From: Puccinia triticina
Lineage: Eukaryota
Direction of reading: 5' to 3'
DNA: 64,000 nucleotides
Assembly: GCA_026914245.1 (NCBI GenBank)
Contig: CP110439.1
Location: 682,001-746,000, forward strand
Of this stretch, positions 58,708 through 64,000 are shown in pieces (the stretch's first letter is position 1; each line of letters opens with the position of its first letter). Under the pieces are notes generated by a model. The model was not told the DNA's origin and made no database searches. It saw only the letters and a list, made by a program, of their open reading frames with translations. Position numbers and translations under genes: made by a program.

Positions 58708-61700
58708 CTACCCTTCTTTGTTTTCGATCAAAAAATTTGAAGAAAGGGGATGGAAACCGTCAAGCTCGTGAGTCTCGACGACGATTCTACGAGCGAAGTG
58801 GATAGCGTCCTGGACCTGACCAGTCATCTTCAGGCCGACGACCTGTAAAGCCACCTCCATGAGCCGTTGGTCGGCCGTGCAGACGTACTTAAAGAGTCTT
58901 GCGGGGGCACAGGCTTCGCCATACTGTACCGGGCCGTTCCCATCGACGAGGACGACCTCGCAGGGGCCGGGTCCGGCTACCGACGGGAGAGTACAGACGA
59001 GTGTGTTAGCCGACCAGAATTCCGGCCGGACCGGCCCTCCCACACCACCAAAATCGACCCGGAGGTCCCGGTCAAAGTTTTCCCCGAGGATCGTGATCTC
59101 GATCCCACCTTCCACTGGCCCTTCGTTGGGCACCAGCTTCCTAATTCGAGCTTGTGCGTTTTTCAAATCGCTCCCAGTTGCTTGTGATCGATCGGTAATC
59201 ACCGCCGGGTGAATGCTGACTGATCCCCCGCGCGCCTCGGCCGGAACCTGGGTGACCGAAGGCTTGAGGCTCGCGCTTGTGACTGAAGCTTGAGGCAGGA
59301 TACCCGAATTGACGTTCCAATTCGTCAGAGAACTACCTAATACGCACATAGGAGAATTTTCAACTGGAGAACCGGTCCGTGAGACTTCGTTGGGGTGGTT
59401 GGAATGAGCGTCGATTTGATCTACGGGTTGTTGGTCTGGGGAATTCTCAGATTGAGATGGTAAGATGCATAGAGTGCGATCCACTTCACTGCCGTTATTG
59501 CTCTCATCACTGCATCCTCTACTTTGAGTGCATACAATCGAGCTGGATCGACTTGTAGAGTTCGAAAACTTCGCGTGATGATCGTATCCTGGGAAATCAA
59601 TAAAAGGCTTCGGGCTGGCCTCAGAAGAGCCTGAGGGTGGTGGGGTAGCAATTCGGGAGCCAAATGGGCAGGCGAGTCTTTGATCCGGTGAAGAGGTTGT
59701 TGTGGAGCAGCTTGGGTGAGACCGACCGTAATTATTTTGAATATGCTGAATTGCTGAGTGGGCTCGGTCGCCTTGGGAAGAGTGTTCCGAGGGTCGAGAC
59801 TCCTGATCCTTATGTAGTATTTCAGAGATATCTGTAGCAGATGTCGAATAGTCGATCGACCTAGTCTCGTCGATCGATGTTAGGGATTGAAAACGTTTGT
59901 CTGTAGGCTGACTCCGTGCGTTTTCACTCGGGTCCTTCATCTCAACATCGATCGACAAAATGGGCTTGGCGTCAGGACGTGAAAAGACGGGCATGTGCTC
60001 CTGGTAGGACTGTTTTGGAATGGATGGACACTCCTTCCACTGGTAATTTGATCCGGAAATAGGTTGTCTCATGTCAGGCGGTAACGTATGCATGGGCATC
60101 GAAACGGTACGGTCATAGGATCGTTGATGGAGTTGATGGGCTAGAGGTGGTGAACATTCTTCGAGCGAGCGAGAGGATCCTGGAGGGGGTATAATTTGGT
60201 AATCTCCGTCGAACTCTGAACTTTTGTCGGCCAATGAAGCATCGCAAGGTCCAATCATCTGATTGATGGTAGCCGTTTGATGTGATCCGGTCCTCTTCCC
60301 AATATTTACGCGCAGGTTTAGTTCATCGGGAGCCTTGCGTTTGCATGACGTGGAAATTGATCTATGGGACTGTAAATGGAGGTAATCATTTGCGGCGGCA
60401 TTAGGCGTCCACCGGGGGGTAGAGCCATAGCTCCCGTCATCTTGGGCTGGCGTGGATGCTAGCTGACTATTGGATTCACCGGAAGTAGTAATCGACCTTT
60501 TCTTTGTACGATGGGCACCAGATACACCGGACGCTGGGCCAGTAGTAGGAAGCTTGCGTATTGGTCGAGGACGTACTTGACTGTCTTCGGCGTCCGACCC
60601 AGATCTGGCCTTCGCTGCAGCAGCCACTGCCTTGTGATCATCAGTGATCATTATAGCGGGAGTCGTAGCAGTTGCGACAAAGCGATTGGTATGGTCACGT
60701 AAGGTAATCTTGACTCTGAAGAATAGTAGAAGCGTTGGGTAAGTTCTGGCAAGATGTCATGAAACTTGCGCAGAGGAGCAAAAGAAGCGGTTGAAATAAA
60801 CGAACCGGAAACCCCTTTTTTCGCGATGATGACGGCAATAACAAGTGATCCGGGTTGGCAGCGTGACTTCTCCGGAGTCAAAGCTGACGTACTGGCCACA
60901 GTTGAAGACCACAATTTTTCGTTTCTCGTCTTCCGGTCTTATCGATTGTTCCGCCTCGTCACTTTCGATCTCTTGAGCGGGTCGGACCCGAGCATCTCTC
61001 TTTCGTTGGAGTCTTTTTTGCTGGTGTTTAGAATTCAGGCTTCGTGTCAGTTTCTAACCTCGCATACTTCTTCATTTAAGATGACGGCTGATTAAATGTC
61101 ATATTGTTGCAGAACGTACCTCGCGAACTTGGCAATTTGAGCAGCAATATATCTCTTCTTGTAGTTCGCTTTCTCGGACAACAGCGACATCCAAGAAGAG
61201 TGTTTCTTCTGGGGGGATTCCTGAATTCGGCACGAAATAGTCAGAAGCTATGTGAAGAAGATGCCAAAATTGAATGAGAAAAAGCATGCAAACCTGTTTT
61301 AATCAACTTTTTACTCTTCCGCTTAATCGCCGAGTAAACTGGGAGCTTGATGTGAGACCAGTTGCCCAAGCGTGAAAGACTATGTTGTGTTGAGGTTGAC
61401 AGGCCACCATTCTGATCGATCGAAGCCCCTTCGCCAGTGACAAGGACCAGTGTGAGTTTGATCTGGGTCTCAACTCGGGTTTTGGCGCCTTCGGCTTGGA
61501 GTCCGATGAGCAATAATTTGAGGTCACCGGGGTAAGGTTCTGAAAGATTGAGGCGGTTGAGACGAGGAATAGCCAGTTCAACTTCAGTCGGGACCTCGGC
61601 AGCTGCAGTGATAGGCTTGTTGAGTGCACTGTAGGACGCCGAGCGACTGATAAGTAGATTTTTGTGGTGGTGGTTGGGGTGGATTACTTCAGAAGTGCGG

Positions 61701-63568
61701 CGGCACTGGTCACCAGATTGAGGGGCGGACAAAGAGAGACTAGCGGGTGACGGTAATGGGGACGTTGATGTGAGGGACGGTTCATCTTTATGATGAGTGA
61801 GATGGACAGCCGAGGGGGAAGTTTGGGGTTGAGAGGCAAAGGCAGGATCGATGGCTGGTGTTGATCGAGTGCTAACTGAGGCGGTGGTACTCAAGAAGGG
61901 TGCTGAAAGAGGCGGAGGTTGACCCGAAGGAAGGATTGACGGGTGAGGTGAGGATGCTGCGGGGGTGAAGAGGTCAAAAGAATTGAGCAGATTGTGAAAG
62001 GTATCATTGAACTCGCGAAGGTCCTGGAAGCTTGTGATAGATTGATGATGAGGATATAAGGAGGTTCCAGGATCGGTAGTCGCAAATAAGGAAGACAGCG
62101 GATCGGCCGGGACGAACGGTCTACCGAATCCGTCCGAGGATTTTGGGGACCTTTTGGGGATAGATTGGGATGAGTGATCACTGCTGGTGACACCAACTGG
62201 TTCGTAGGAGAACGAAGAAGAAGAGAGAGGGGTGGAAGGACTGGATAAACAGATCATCGGCAGGATGGAAGAAACATATGTATCAGCTAAGAGCACCAAG
62301 ATGGGCGGCGGGGTGCATATGTAGGCCGAGCTGAAACGTGTTACAGCATTTTTTACGTGCCCATTCAAGCGGGTTGTGACTCACGCGCATTGTTCCTCAG
62401 CTACCAAGTGGCTGAATTCCAGTTCGACGGGCTGCTGGTTGTCTTCGCTCTCAGAGGCTACCGGGTCGGTTGCCTTGGCCGAAGCGGTCCGGGTTGAGGA
62501 GGGTGTGAAGTCAGACCAGAATTGGGAGAGATCGAGTGGCTGGGTTTTCGGCGGCGGCTGAGAGTAAGAGGAGGTGCTCATCTGATGGAGGAGGTCGAAG
62601 GAGGGTCTGATTGGATCAAGTGGGTAGCAGTCAATTGTTGTATCTAAAGAATGAATTGGATGGGGATGGTGTGGGGTGGACTGATAACGAGCATCGGCTG
62701 AGATTGAGATGGCGGATGAGATTGGATGGTTGAGGAGATTGGTGGAAGAGCTTGGCTTGAAATCTTGGATGGTGGTACCACCACCACCACTAGGGCTAGT
62801 TGTGTTGTACTCGACAGAAAAACAGTTCTCGAGATTATTATTATTATTCCTGCTAGTGCTGCTGCTGTTGTTCTTTGTTGCTGAGGACGGGGATGAAGGG
62901 GATGGAAAGCTGAGGAATGGATGGAAGTCGTCCTGGTCGAAGCTGCTGAAGTAGGATAGGGATGGGTAGCTGCTATTCTCCTTGGATGAGTCTCCGCTCA
63001 AGCCAGGCTGAGTCTGAGTCTGAGTCTGAGTTATTTTCTCTTGTTTTCCATCCTCCGACGATCCAGTGCCAGTGGCTGTGGTCCTAGTACTACCCCGCAC
63101 GTCTGGCTCATCGGCCTGACTCTGGCTGAGACGAGCTGGGTGGATATTCCTTAGCGTCGGCTGGTCGTGGTCCTGGGTTAGTTGCTGCTCCTTGGAGCTG
63201 TCGTCGCTCCACCGGCCGGTTGAGGAGCACTGCGCCGGTGCCGGCGGTGCTTCCCGAGCGAGCCGATCGTCATATGCCGGGCTGAGATCGCTCGAGTCAG
63301 CCGACGAGGGCTCCTCGGGCCCAAAGAGGATCGAGGCGAGCTCAGTTTCCAAACTGTTCCGCGTCGCACCATTCTGCGGCAGAAGACTACCTTCCTCGGC
63401 GATCCCCGTCGGTGCTCGGTGTCCTGGCTGATGGGGGGCCGATAATCCGTCGTAGGACTGTCCAAAGTACATCTGGAGATAATAATCAACCCCCTCTGAG
63501 GAGCCAGTCGCATCCGAGTCTGACTCTGGGGTCGGCTGTTGGTGCTGATGACTGATCAGCGGTCTCAT
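58708..63568 (-). CDS. Spt23/Mga2-family IPT/TIG transcription factor (~1484 aa; exons 63568-62385, 62240-61294, 61220-61120, 61020-60806, 60715-58708)
   Basis: KTRVETQIKLTL, CSNCQVREQKR, RITCYCRHHREK, IMITDDHK, IPT domain IRKLVPNEGPVEGGIEITILGENF, ALQVVGLKMTG; four GT..AG introns keep the frame. Start codon inferred. Confidence 0.87.
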
Positions 63569-64000
63569 CCTCTTGCACACGACGATCTGCTCGCCAATTG
63601 GTTTGTTTTTTTCCTCCAAGAAAAATTTAGGATGATGAAATGGGAGATCGGGGAAGATGACGGCCAATCCAAGAATTTCCAAGACCACGCACGAGTCGCG
63701 GCCGGACAGATAAATGACAGACAGACCGGCGGGGCTAGACAAGACACGCAGCCTGGAGATGATTTCTACGGATAGGAGGATGTGGATGATGATGATGAAG
63801 AGGGTTCACTAAACTGGCCGATTCGTCGATAGGCCTGGCGATGATGTACCCGGTTGATTGATTGAGAGGTCAAACAGGATAAACAGGTCAATCAGCCCCC
63901 ATTCATGAACTGGCCACCAACCCAAAACAATAACTACTTAATATCAACACATTTGGTTAAATAGTGAAATTTATAAACATAAGAATCAGAGCGGGAGAGG

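Noticed and set aside
24638..63568. Lipid-regulation gene cluster of desaturases plus Mga2-like regulator
   Set aside because: They are ~29 kb apart with unrelated genes and TEs in between; nothing in the sequence supports co-regulation without synteny data.

Overview
Eukaryotic, intron-containing fungal DNA. Gene content, short GT-AG introns and the TE landscape point to a rust fungus (Pucciniales, Puccinia-like); this is inference, not a database match. Host genes: a Ser/Thr-rich type-I membrane protein, a 1610-aa PH/Sec7-like protein, a decayed secreted-protein pseudogene, two tandem FAD2-type (delta-12-like) fatty acid desaturases, a 6-Cys small secreted effector candidate, an Hst3/Hst4-type sirtuin, a single-ORF putative secreted protein, and an Spt23/Mga2-like transcription factor that appears to lack ankyrin repeats and membrane anchor. 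Much of the rest is nested TEs. There are two Ty1/copia elements, each broken by one in-frame TGA at an inferred CGA; one is complete, with identical 136-bp LTRs, a CAGAA TSD and a half-tRNAiMet PBS. There is an apparently intact 5-kb PIF/Harbinger-superfamily element with AAT TSDs that carries three spliced genes. Also present: several ANT-target MITE families, three non-autonomous CACTA-type elements (one a foldback of ~165-bp tandem units), hAT and TA-target elements, and at least four solo LTRs. The most interesting items are the three-gene Harbinger-type element, the split-PH/degenerate-Sec7 protein, the diverged desaturase pair and the anchorless Mga2 homologue. All gene models were spliced by eye; those given with a protein length were checked for frame.
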